DNA from: an uncultured Veillonellaceae bacterium
Lineage (GTDB): Bacteria; Bacillota; Negativicutes; JARBTT01
Assembly: GCA_963805085.1 (NCBI GenBank)
Contig: CAWDTA010000003.1
Span: forward strand, 32,001-96,000
Direction of reading: 5' to 3'
DNA length: 64,000 nucleotides
Shown here: in pieces, positions 20,167-29,257 of the stretch
Position numbering within the stretch: the stretch's first letter is position 1
Layout of the letters: every line of letters begins with the position of its first letter
Notes under the pieces: generated by a model
The model's database searches: none
What the model was told of the DNA's origin: nothing
The model's input: the letters and a program-made list of their open reading frames with translations, nothing else
Translations under genes and position numbers: made by a program

Positions 20167-21604
20167 AAAGATTGCAATAAAGCTAAGCAACATGAGTTTG
20201 TATTATAAGATTAATATTTTTGTTATTGGAATGATCTTAGTATCTGGCTTACTGGGTGGCGGTATCGTGTTACAGACGACATCACAACTTATGGAGACAC
20301 AATTAGATAAACGAGGAATAGAAATTGCAAATTCGATTGCCTCTCTTAGCGGTAATGATGTTTTGCTCGAAGACTATTTTTCTATTTCTGATCGTTTAAG
20401 TAAGACAAAGAACAATAATAAAGAAGTCCGCTACATTTTAGTTACAGATGCTGCTGGTCATATTTTAGTAAGTACGTTTCATAATGGTTTACCGGAAGGT
20501 CTTGGTAGTATTCGATTGCCAATACACGAAGGCACGGATTCACAGCCTTGGATTAAGTTTTTTGATAGTAATGAGGGCGTTGTTCGTGAAATTTTATTTC
20601 CAATTGAAGATGGTACGATTGGTTTTATAAGAATTGGTATGTCGGAGAACATCACTCGAAATTTACTTGAAGAAAAAATGCAAGAGATTTTTCTTACTGC
20701 TTTAATTGTTTGTGCATTGGCTGCGATTGGTGCGACTCGCTTGTCTTATCTGTTAGTTCAGCCAGTGCGTGTTCTTTTAGAGGCAACTGGACAAATCCAA
20801 AAGGGTGATTATAATGTTCGGCTTAATGTTTATAGTGAAGATGAAATAGGAAACTTAGCGAAAGCATTCAATGCCATGGCGCATAGTCTTCGTAAAAAAA
20901 ATTCAGAGAATAGTAGACTTTTAAGAGAACTAAAAGCTAAAGAGCTATTGCGTGTATCTCTGATTAGAAAATTATTTAAAGTGAAAGAGGATGAACAGAG
21001 ACGTTTATCGCGAGAACTACATGATGAGACTGGACAGTGCATGGCATCGTTACTTGCATATATAAAAGTGTTACATACAAAAATGACAACGGAAGAGCAA
21101 AAAACATTACTTGCTGAGGCACGTAATGTCACTGTTAATGTATTGGAAGGAATACGAAAAATGGCGGTTGAGCTACGGCCACCGTCGCTTGATTATCTGG
21201 GCGTTGTTGCAGCTATGGAAAAATATATTTTAAATTTTGTTCAGCAATATTCAGTTGATGTACACTTTTTACCACCTCCCAATAAACTTATCATTTCAAA
21301 TGATCTGGCGGTATCTCTATATCGTATTTTACAAGAAAGTTTAACCAATATAGTTCGGCATGCTAAAGCAAAAAATGCAGAAGTTATGATAACGCAAGAT
21401 GAAACATCCATTTGTATGCAAATCTGTGATGATGGTCAGGGGATGGCTGACGATGCTTTAGAAATTGCTCGTCAAAATAATCGATTGGGTTTGTTTGGAA
21501 TGCAGGAACGAGTTGAACTATTAGGAGGAATTTTTCAAATTAAATCGATAAAGGGACAAGGTACAATGATTATGGTAATTTTACCGATAGGAAGTGACGA
21601 ATAA
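20129..21604 (+). CDS. Sensor histidine kinase (HAMP, HisKA_3)
   Basis: EQRRLSRELHDETGQ, YRILQESLTNIVRHA, DDGQG, GLFGMQER; start codon uncertain. Confidence 0.92.
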   Translation: MIGLVWIMKIMFKKIAIKLSNMSLYYKINIFVIGMILVSGLLGGGIVLQTTSQLMETQLDKRGIEIANSIASLSGNDVLLEDYFSISDRLSKTKNNNKEVRYILVTDAAGHILVSTFHNGLPEGLGSIRLPIHEGTDSQPWIKFFDSNEGVVREILFPIEDGTIGFIRIGMSENITRNLLEEKMQEIFLTALIVCALAAIGATRLSYLLVQPVRVLLEATGQIQKGDYNVRLNVYSEDEIGNLAKAFNAMAHSLRKKNSENSRLLRELKAKELLRVSLIRKLFKVKEDEQRRLSRELHDETGQCMASLLAYIKVLHTKMTTEEQKTLLAEARNVTVNVLEGIRKMAVELRPPSLDYLGVVAAMEKYILNFVQQYSVDVHFLPPPNKLIISNDLAVSLYRILQESLTNIVRHAKAKNAEVMITQDETSICMQICDDGQGMADDALEIARQNNRLGLFGMQERVELLGGIFQIKSIKGQGTMIMVILPIGSDE

Positions 21605-21605
21605 T

Positions 21606-22256
21606 ATGGGAAAACTTAAAATATTGCTAGCGGATGACCATGCTGTTTTGCGTGCTGGATTAAAATTACTTTTAAACAATGAAACTGACTTTATTGTCGC
21701 AGGTGAAGCGGCTAGTGGACAAGAGGCTCTTCAACTACTGGAAACTATTTCTGCTGATATTCTATTACTAGATCTTTCTATGCCAGAAATGAGTGGATTG
21801 GAATGCTTACGCCAAATCAAAAAGCGTGGCTATTGTATTAAAATTCTTGTTTTGACAATGTATCAAGATGAACAATATATAAAAGAAGCCATGCAGCTGG
21901 GGGCATGTGGTTATTTGGAAAAAAATTCTTTAGACACGGAATTGTTTCAGGCGTTACGTGCAGTTGCACAAGGAAAGCGTTATTTACGGCAACAAGATGC
22001 ACAGCGTTTGTTAGATAATTTATTTAAGTCTACAGATGAAATAGCCGCGAAACCACCTGTATTTCTCAGTAAACGTGAAAAAGAAGTTTTGGAGCTTTTT
22101 GTGCGAGGATATTCCATAAGCGATATCTCGGAGATGCTTTATCTTAGTGTAAAAACTGTCAGCACTTATAAAACAAGATTGATGATTAAACTTAATTGTA
22201 CGCAAAAAAGTGAATTGGTTGAGTATGCCATAAAACATAATTTCCTAATAAAATGA
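21606..22256 (+). CDS. NarL/NreC-family response regulator
   Basis: LADDHAVLRAG receiver, LLDLSMP, LuxR HTH LSKREKEVL...LSVKTVSTY. Confidence 0.93.
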   Translation: MGKLKILLADDHAVLRAGLKLLLNNETDFIVAGEAASGQEALQLLETISADILLLDLSMPEMSGLECLRQIKKRGYCIKILVLTMYQDEQYIKEAMQLGACGYLEKNSLDTELFQALRAVAQGKRYLRQQDAQRLLDNLFKSTDEIAAKPPVFLSKREKEVLELFVRGYSISDISEMLYLSVKTVSTYKTRLMIKLNCTQKSELVEYAIKHNFLIK

Positions 22257-22311
22257 CGTAGTATACTATAGTGTTTTAAATATTAATTCTAAGATATGAG
22301 GAGGACGAATT

Positions 22312-23928
22312 ATGGAAAAAGCGACTGTAATTGTAATCGGTGGTGGTGCTACAGGCGTAGGAATTTTGCGTGATTTGGTGATGCGCGGTGTTGATGCCTT
22401 GCTTCTTGAAATGCGCGATTTAGTACACGGTACGAGTTCACGTTATCATGGCTTGTTGCACAGTGGTGCTCGTTATGCGGTAAAGGATTCCGATGCCGGA
22501 CGTGAGTGCATCGAAGAAAATATGATTTTACGTAAAATAGGTAGACATTGCGTTGAAGCGACAGAAGGATTTTTTGTTCGTTTACCAGAAGATGATCCGG
22601 CTTATGAACAAGAATGGGTGGAGGCTTGTAAAACAATCAATCTTCCAGCGATTCAGATTGACCCAGCAGAAGCTTGGTATTTAGAACCGAACTTAACACA
22701 TCGTGCGCAGTCGGTGTATCGTGTTCCAGATGCGGCGATTGATGGGTTTCGTATGGCTTGGCAGAATGTTGACTCGGCAAAAAAATATGGCGGTAGAGTG
22801 AAAACTTATACAGAAGTTGTCAGAATCAATTCCGTCAATGGTCAAGTCATAAGTGTTACCGTACGTAACTTTTTTACGAAACAAGAATATGACATTGAAT
22901 GTGAATTTGTCGTGAATGCAGCTGGCCCGTGGGCAGGAAAGGTTGCAGGTTGTGCTGATCTCATGGTAAATGTGCAACCAGATAGAGGTACGTTGATTGC
23001 GTTTAATCATCGTTTGACAAATCGTGTAATCAATCGGTTGCATAAATCCTCTGATGGAGATATTTTTGTACCGCATGGCTCAATTACAATACTAGGAACG
23101 ACCTCTGCGTCTGTTGAATCACCAGATGATACACAGCCACTCACATCCGAAGTAGAATATTTACTACGGATTGGGGAACTTACCTTTGAAAATTTGCGTA
23201 ACTTTAGAATTTTGCGAGCGTTTTGCGGTGCTAGACCACTTTATAGTGCTGATCCGAATGCCAAAGGACGCGGGGCATCTCGTGGCTTTGTTGTTTTAGA
23301 TCATGAATATGATGGACTTAAAGGATTTGTTAGTATCTGTGGTGGTAAGTTTACAACGTACCGTATGATGGCAGAACAGTTAACTGATCTTGTCTGCAAA
23401 AAATTACATAACGAAAAACCTTGTCGTACGGCAATTGAACCACTTGTTGAAGATATTTCACCACAGGTTTTGGCAAAAGCGCGTCAGTATTTTCCTAATT
23501 TCGGCGTGAATTTGGCTGCTTCAAGATTGGGTGAAGAGCGATTGCAAGAAGTGATCAACCGCATGGTGGAAAATCCGGTAAAGTCTGAACTTGTTTGTGA
23601 ATGTGAAAATGTTACGATGGCAGAGGTTGAAGTAGCAGCAGAGGCCTCGACAAGTTATACGCTTGGTGATATTCGCAGAAAGACGCGCATGGGAATGGGA
23701 ACATGCCAAGGCGCTTTTTGTACCTTCCGTGGTATGGGAATGGTGGCGCAGTCTGACTTGGTAAAAGATCAAGATACGCTGCAGGAAATGAAAGATTTCT
23801 TGCAATCTCGTTATAAAGGCATCTCACCAGCACTTTGGGGTAGTACGATCCGAGAAGTGGAATTGATGCGAGGAATTTATGATGGTGTATTAAATCTAGA
23901 TGGAGAGATATTTGATGAAAAAAACTGA
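22312..23928 (+). CDS. glpA: Anaerobic glycerol-3-phosphate dehydrogenase subunit A
   Basis: GGGATG, HGLLHSGARY, GGKFTTYR, CECE...RMGMGTCQG..C. Confidence 0.95.
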   Translation: MEKATVIVIGGGATGVGILRDLVMRGVDALLLEMRDLVHGTSSRYHGLLHSGARYAVKDSDAGRECIEENMILRKIGRHCVEATEGFFVRLPEDDPAYEQEWVEACKTINLPAIQIDPAEAWYLEPNLTHRAQSVYRVPDAAIDGFRMAWQNVDSAKKYGGRVKTYTEVVRINSVNGQVISVTVRNFFTKQEYDIECEFVVNAAGPWAGKVAGCADLMVNVQPDRGTLIAFNHRLTNRVINRLHKSSDGDIFVPHGSITILGTTSASVESPDDTQPLTSEVEYLLRIGELTFENLRNFRILRAFCGARPLYSADPNAKGRGASRGFVVLDHEYDGLKGFVSICGGKFTTYRMMAEQLTDLVCKKLHNEKPCRTAIEPLVEDISPQVLAKARQYFPNFGVNLAASRLGEERLQEVINRMVENPVKSELVCECENVTMAEVEVAAEASTSYTLGDIRRKTRMGMGTCQGAFCTFRGMGMVAQSDLVKDQDTLQEMKDFLQSRYKGISPALWGSTIREVELMRGIYDGVLNLDGEIFDEKN

Positions 23929-25192
23929 TGTGATTGTAATTGGTGGCGGAGTATCCGGCATGTTATCGGCAATTGCTGTTGCCAAAAAAGGAAAGAAGGT
24001 AACCTTACTTAGATATGGTACTGGGGCTTTTGAAATTGGTGGCGGGTTAATAGATATTATGGCGTATCCAAAAGAAAGAAAAGCATGTAGTACCCTCAAG
24101 CAGAGCATGGACAAGCTTGGTGAGGAGCATCCTTATAGTAAACTTGGATTGCTGGCGGTAGAAGAAGCTGTGAAGTTTTTTTTGGATCTTAGTAAAGAAG
24201 AAAATTTTGTCTATGAAGGAAGTACCCAAAAGCTGCATTGGGTGCCAACTGCTGTTGGCACAATGAAACCGACTGGACTTTATACAAAAACTTTTAATGG
24301 TCAAATACTAAAAGATGCAGATTCGATTTATCTGGTTGATTTTAAAGGTTTGAAAGATTACTATGCAAAATTAACAGAAAAGAATCTTAGGAAAATCTTT
24401 GGTGAGGATAAAGTGTATAAGGTTGTTACAGTAGATCCTCATATGGAAGACGCTGTAGGTGGTCGCGATATCATGATTATGGATATTGCGCGTTGGCTGG
24501 ATACTTCAGAAGGTCTTGAAGAATGTAGTAAACAGTTGAAACATCTTGTAAAAGCGAACGCAGCTATTGTTTTTCCACAGGTATTGGGGACGAAACCCGA
24601 CTATACTGTGTATGAAATATTAAAAGCAGAATTACAGTGTGAGCTTACAGAAACGTTGAGTATACCACCATCGGCAGCTGGTATGCGTCTGGCAGAAATG
24701 CTACATAATTGTGCTAGAAAATATGGTGTGAAAATCATCGAAAACGCCAAAGTAATAGATTCTATTATTAAAGAGAATGCCTGTGAAGCGGTTGTTGTCA
24801 GCGGTGTAGGCAAAGAACATACGTATTATGCCGAGCAATTTATTTTGGCAACTGGCGGATTTTATGGATCTGGTTTAGAAGTTCTCGGTGTGAAAAAAAT
24901 AAATGAGCCTATCTTCGATTTGCCAATTACTTTTGCAGCAAATACGGAAAAGTGGGGGAATTTAGAATTCTTTTCTAAGGAAAAACAACCCTTTGCTATG
25001 GCTGGAATTGAAGTGGATACTAGAATGCGTCCACTGAATCACAACGGGGAGCAGGTATTAAACAATGTGTTTGTTGTTGGACGTAATTTAAGTGGTTATG
25101 ATTTTGGCTTTGAGAAGTCTGGAAATGGCGTAGCGCTTGCATCTGCTCATCGGGCTGCTGCTGCAGTGTTGGAGGTAGAACAAAATGGCTGA
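23915..25192 (+). CDS. glpB: Anaerobic G3P dehydrogenase subunit B
   Basis: IGGGVSG, HPY, PPS..GMRL, LATGGF; lies between glpA and glpC. Confidence 0.92.
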   Translation: MKKTDVIVIGGGVSGMLSAIAVAKKGKKVTLLRYGTGAFEIGGGLIDIMAYPKERKACSTLKQSMDKLGEEHPYSKLGLLAVEEAVKFFLDLSKEENFVYEGSTQKLHWVPTAVGTMKPTGLYTKTFNGQILKDADSIYLVDFKGLKDYYAKLTEKNLRKIFGEDKVYKVVTVDPHMEDAVGGRDIMIMDIARWLDTSEGLEECSKQLKHLVKANAAIVFPQVLGTKPDYTVYEILKAELQCELTETLSIPPSAAGMRLAEMLHNCARKYGVKIIENAKVIDSIIKENACEAVVVSGVGKEHTYYAEQFILATGGFYGSGLEVLGVKKINEPIFDLPITFAANTEKWGNLEFFSKEKQPFAMAGIEVDTRMRPLNHNGEQVLNNVFVVGRNLSGYDFGFEKSGNGVALASAHRAAAAVLEVEQNG

Positions 25193-26396
25193 TCAAAAAA
25201 TAAATTTACCAGACTGTTGTATTGCCTGTACAGCCTGTATAACCGCATGTCCAGTAACGGCGGCGACACAGAAATTTCGCGGCCCGAAACTAGTTGGACC
25301 CGCACAGTCTAGACTTCACTTTGCAGAAGAGGATACAGAAGCATCTTTGGATTATTGTTCCAACTGCAAGAACTGTGAAATAGCTTGTCCTTCTGGCGTT
25401 CCAATTTCAACCTTGAATATGTTGGCTCGCGCCAAATATTATGAAACACATTCGCATTCGCAGCGGGATGAAATGATGGGACATCCAGAAAAAATGGCCA
25501 AGCTTATCACGAAACTGCCATTGGGAGCATTTTTTGCTAATACAGGTATGGCAATTGGCCGTCCTATGGGAATCATAAAAGCAATGGGTATGGCAGATCA
25601 AAGACCACTGCCTAAGTATGCATCTGAAACTTTTATCTCTATGTTTAAAAATAAAAAACAGCCAGCTTCGGATAAGAAAATAGTGTTTTTCCCAGGATGC
25701 GTAATCAATTATAATGAACCACAAATCGGACTGGATTTTGTTGATGTAATGAATAAAAATGGCTATCAAGTATTGGTTGATGAAGGTTTTGTTTGCTGTG
25801 GTTCACCACTCCTCACCACAGGATATCTGGCCGAAGCAAAAGAAAATGCACAGAAAAATACGAGCCTCATTAAAAAATGGGTTGATAAAGGCTATCCTGT
25901 GCTCACGGTTTGCACGAGCTGTAGCTTGATGCTCAAGCAAGAATATCAAGAATTGTTTGAAGGTGAAATACCACACATGGAGAAAAATGCAAAACATATT
26001 TTTGATGCAGCAGAATTTTTGGAATTTCTTTATCAAAAGGGTGAGCTAAATGAAAACTTTGGCGAAGTGAGCCATAAATTTATGTATCATGCACCATGTC
26101 ATTTGAGAGCGCAGGGGATTGGTCTGCCAGCATTGGAATTGCTCAGTTTAGTGCCGGGTGTTGAAGTAAGCGATGCGGGTGTTGGCTGCTGTGGTATATC
26201 TGGAAACTACGGTTATAAAGCTGAAAACTATGACCGTTCCATAAAAATTGGCAAGAACTTATTCGATACGATTAAGGCCAGTAAGGTGGAGGTGGTTCTC
26301 ACGGACTGCGGTACTTGCCGCGGTCAGATTGGGCATGGGGCCAATGTAAAGACTATGCATCCAATTAGTATTTTAGCAAAATCTTATAAAAAATAG
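25185..26396 (+). CDS. glpC: Anaerobic G3P dehydrogenase subunit C
   Basis: Two 4Fe-4S motifs (CIACTAC, CSNCKNC) plus CCG domains. Confidence 0.93.
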   Translation: MADQKINLPDCCIACTACITACPVTAATQKFRGPKLVGPAQSRLHFAEEDTEASLDYCSNCKNCEIACPSGVPISTLNMLARAKYYETHSHSQRDEMMGHPEKMAKLITKLPLGAFFANTGMAIGRPMGIIKAMGMADQRPLPKYASETFISMFKNKKQPASDKKIVFFPGCVINYNEPQIGLDFVDVMNKNGYQVLVDEGFVCCGSPLLTTGYLAEAKENAQKNTSLIKKWVDKGYPVLTVCTSCSLMLKQEYQELFEGEIPHMEKNAKHIFDAAEFLEFLYQKGELNENFGEVSHKFMYHAPCHLRAQGIGLPALELLSLVPGVEVSDAGVGCCGISGNYGYKAENYDRSIKIGKNLFDTIKASKVEVVLTDCGTCRGQIGHGANVKTMHPISILAKSYKK

Positions 26397-26444
26397 TCGT
26401 AATACATGTATGATTTTTGCATCAAATATTTTTGAACTACGCAT

Positions 26445-26481
26445 AAAAAAGCTCCGACAGATTTCTGTCGGAGCTTTTTTT
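26445..26481. terminator. Bidirectional terminator
   Basis: aaaaaagctccgacag-attt-ctgtcggagctttttt. Confidence 0.85.
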
Positions 26482-26613
26482 GATTTCAATCTGTGAGTAA
26501 GCAAAGCGCATAGTAAAAACTAACTTGCTATACACTTTGTTTTTTGCTTAAAGTCTATTACATACAAAATCGATGTAGCAGAAACTTTATTCTGCTACAT
26601 CCACTGCGTAAAA

Positions 26614-27819
26614 TTAAGATTGGATTGGTCTTGCTTCGAAGGTACCAAAAACGATTGGGCTGCCGTCTTGTACCATATGTTGTCCTTTTGCCCAAACATT
26701 CTTCAAGATAAACTCTTTATTGATTACAAGGAGATCGGCGTCAGAGCCAACCTCAATCGTTCCTTTGGCTGGCCATAATTTGAGAGCTTTTGCTACGTTA
26801 GTTGTGACAACTTGAACGGCATCACTGATGCTGATACCTTCTACTTGGACCATATCACGAACTTCTTCAAGCATGGAAACTTGGCTGGCAACACCTACGC
26901 CGATGGTGTTGCCTTTCTCATCGAAAATTGGCATACTGCCGTTGCCGTCAGAACTCATTGTAATTTGTGTTAATGGAACGCCAGCAGTTAGTGCTTTTTT
27001 CACCGCTTGACTTGGTTTGATTGCTTTTGATGATCCGCTTGCAGGGCTGACACCGGAGGTAATATCCATGAGCCCACCTTTTTTAGCCCATGCAATGCTT
27101 TCATCTAGTAACTTGGCATTACGATTCACGTGGGTTGGTAAGAATTGCGCTTTGGGAATTTCACCATTTGCTGTAATTTCATATAAAAGTTTCATACCAT
27201 CGACTCCATCACCCATATGCATGTCGATGATGCCAGCTTTACCGCTTAACATACCGCCAACTCTTGCTTCAGCAGCTAGTTTTTGATATTCACTTTTGGT
27301 TGGTTGTGCTGAACGATGATCCGACATGGCGATTTCACCGGTACCAATAATTTTATCAATGATAATGATATCTTTGCGTACACTGCCTGTAATTGTTGGG
27401 GTAGGAATTTCATAAGATCCAGTATAAATATAAGTTGAAAGGCCTTCCTCTTCAAGCCCACGTGCTTTGGCAAGTAAACTTTCCATGTGGCGTGTTGTGC
27501 CATCCGTTCCAAGACAGCCAACTAAAGTAGTTACGCCAGAGGTTGTAACTTTAGACAGAACGATTTCTGGAGTTCTGGTTGCATAGCCGCCTTCGCCGCC
27601 GCCACCAATCATATGAACGTGACTATCAATAAAACCAGGCAGTATCGTATGATCAGTCAAGTCGATTTTCGCGCAGTCATAGCCTTGTGGGAGTTCTAAG
27701 TCTTCACCGATCGCAGCAATTTTTGTACCAGCAATTAAAATATCTTGCTTGCCTAGTCCGTTCGGAGCGATAATGCTTGCATTACGTAATAAGGTGAAAA
27801 ATGGTTGTACTTTCGACAT
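26614..27819 (-). CDS. iadA: Isoaspartyl dipeptidase
   Basis: DSHVH, GGGGEGG, GCLGTDG, SDHRS, SSDGNGS. Confidence 0.95.
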   Translation of the reverse strand: MSKVQPFFTLLRNASIIAPNGLGKQDILIAGTKIAAIGEDLELPQGYDCAKIDLTDHTILPGFIDSHVHMIGGGGEGGYATRTPEIVLSKVTTSGVTTLVGCLGTDGTTRHMESLLAKARGLEEEGLSTYIYTGSYEIPTPTITGSVRKDIIIIDKIIGTGEIAMSDHRSAQPTKSEYQKLAAEARVGGMLSGKAGIIDMHMGDGVDGMKLLYEITANGEIPKAQFLPTHVNRNAKLLDESIAWAKKGGLMDITSGVSPASGSSKAIKPSQAVKKALTAGVPLTQITMSSDGNGSMPIFDEKGNTIGVGVASQVSMLEEVRDMVQVEGISISDAVQVVTTNVAKALKLWPAKGTIEVGSDADLLVINKEFILKNVWAKGQHMVQDGSPIVFGTFEARPIQS

Positions 27820-27868
27820 AAAGATGTCCTCCTCGTATAGTAAAGATTGGTTTAAATCTTATACAGCA

Positions 27869-28357
27869 TTAAAAAAATATTAAAATAAAACGCATTGCCC
27901 AAATAGATAGAAGTGCATTTATTACGCATATGGAAATAATAGCAATGTAATGTTTTGTATTAGCGCCAGAGATGCCTAAGCAGCGTCCGACGTTTTGAAC
28001 AGGATTTCCCATCAGATAAATTGCTGGTACCAGCATAGTTACTTGAGCAGCATCTAAATTTGCATTTGTATAAAGGCCTACAGCAACGCCGATGCCACCG
28101 CCCATACTCATTATGGATGTGACAATAACGGTAGCGGCTTCTCCTGGGAGCCCCCATAAAGCCATGATTGGAGCGCAGACGATACCAATTAATTTTAATA
28201 ATCCTGTGACTTCTAAAACACGAATAATAACAAAAGCCATTACAACATTAGGTAAAAGACTAGTTGTCCCAATTGTAAAACCACGACGGGCGCCTTCAAT
28301 AAACAAATCTAGAATGTTTTTGTTTTGTGTCAGTTCTGTAGATGCTTTAGTTGTCAT
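27869..28357 (-). CDS. yjiG: YjiG-like (SpmB/Gate) membrane protein
   Basis: DLFIEGARRGF, PNVVMAF, GLPGEA, VGRCLG; upstream of iadA. Confidence 0.85.
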   Translation of the reverse strand: MTTKASTELTQNKNILDLFIEGARRGFTIGTTSLLPNVVMAFVIIRVLEVTGLLKLIGIVCAPIMALWGLPGEAATVIVTSIMSMGGGIGVAVGLYTNANLDAAQVTMLVPAIYLMGNPVQNVGRCLGISGANTKHYIAIISICVINALLSIWAMRFILIFF

Positions 28358-29015
28358 GATTGCTACCTCCTGTTGAAGATTTTTTCAAAACGGCTTTTAG
28401 ATATAAACGCATTAGATTTGCGCCTATGACCTTAAAGATAAGCATAACAATAATTGGCACAATAATTGGTACGAGCATAAAACTGAAAACGGCTGATCCT
28501 GAGGAAAAGTAGTTGGTAATAAAGGCACTGGCACTGGTTTGATAAGATATAATAACAGAACGTTCTTCATCGGATATCTCACCAGTATCTACGAGTTCTT
28601 TTACCATACCAGCTGCAGCATCGGTACTTTGCATATTGGCAATGTTGGATAATGCAGCAACGCCAGGAACACCTAATAGTGGTTTTAGTATAGGTGACAT
28701 TAGTTTTTGTGCTGCTTTTAATCCCCCAAGTCCATCAACAACATTTACGAGACCCAAGGCGAGAACAACGGCGGGGATTAATTCAAAAGCGAATAAGAAG
28801 CCATCTCTTGCACCGCTGCCACCGGCACCGCGAAAGGTAAAAGCCTTCTCGACGCCTTCTATTTTACCAAAAGAGCCATTGAGGACATTGAAGTCGAAAA
28901 CTTTCATCCAGCCATCGCTTGATGAGAAAATACCGGAAAATAATAAAATTGCAAAGAAAAATGCGACATAGCCGGTCCATGGAACTTGTAGGGTACTGTT
29001 GTTGGTTTGTTTCAT
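28347..29015 (-). CDS. yjiH: YjiH-like Gate-domain membrane protein
   Basis: FDF..LNG.FG, GARDGF, QSTDAAA, TNYFSSG. Confidence 0.85.
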   Translation of the reverse strand: MKQTNNSTLQVPWTGYVAFFFAILLFSGIFSSSDGWMKVFDFNVLNGSFGKIEGVEKAFTFRGAGGSGARDGFLFAFELIPAVVLALGLVNVVDGLGGLKAAQKLMSPILKPLLGVPGVAALSNIANMQSTDAAAGMVKELVDTGEISDEERSVIISYQTSASAFITNYFSSGSAVFSFMLVPIIVPIIVMLIFKVIGANLMRLYLKAVLKKSSTGGSNHDN

Positions 29016-29069
29016 AATACGTGGTAGCCTCCTTATTACTTTTTAAATATAGTTACGGTTAATTTATAT

Positions 29070-29086
29070 CGCAATTTTCGTGCCAA
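29070..29086 (-). promoter_or_regulatory. Sigma-54 promoter of yjiH-yjiG-iadA
   Basis: Minus strand TTGGCACGAAAATTGCG (-24/-12). Confidence 0.88.
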
Positions 29087-29257
29087 GTCATATTCTTAAC
29101 GTATTTACCAATATATAGTTGAATTGTAATGTTGTAAAGTTTGTTTTCACGAAAATCTCTAGATATAGGGAGGAATTTTGATTTTAAAAGGGAAATGTTA
29201 AAGGGAATGATTAATGTGTCCCTTTAAATATTTCCCTTTTAAGAGAGAAGGCTTTTA

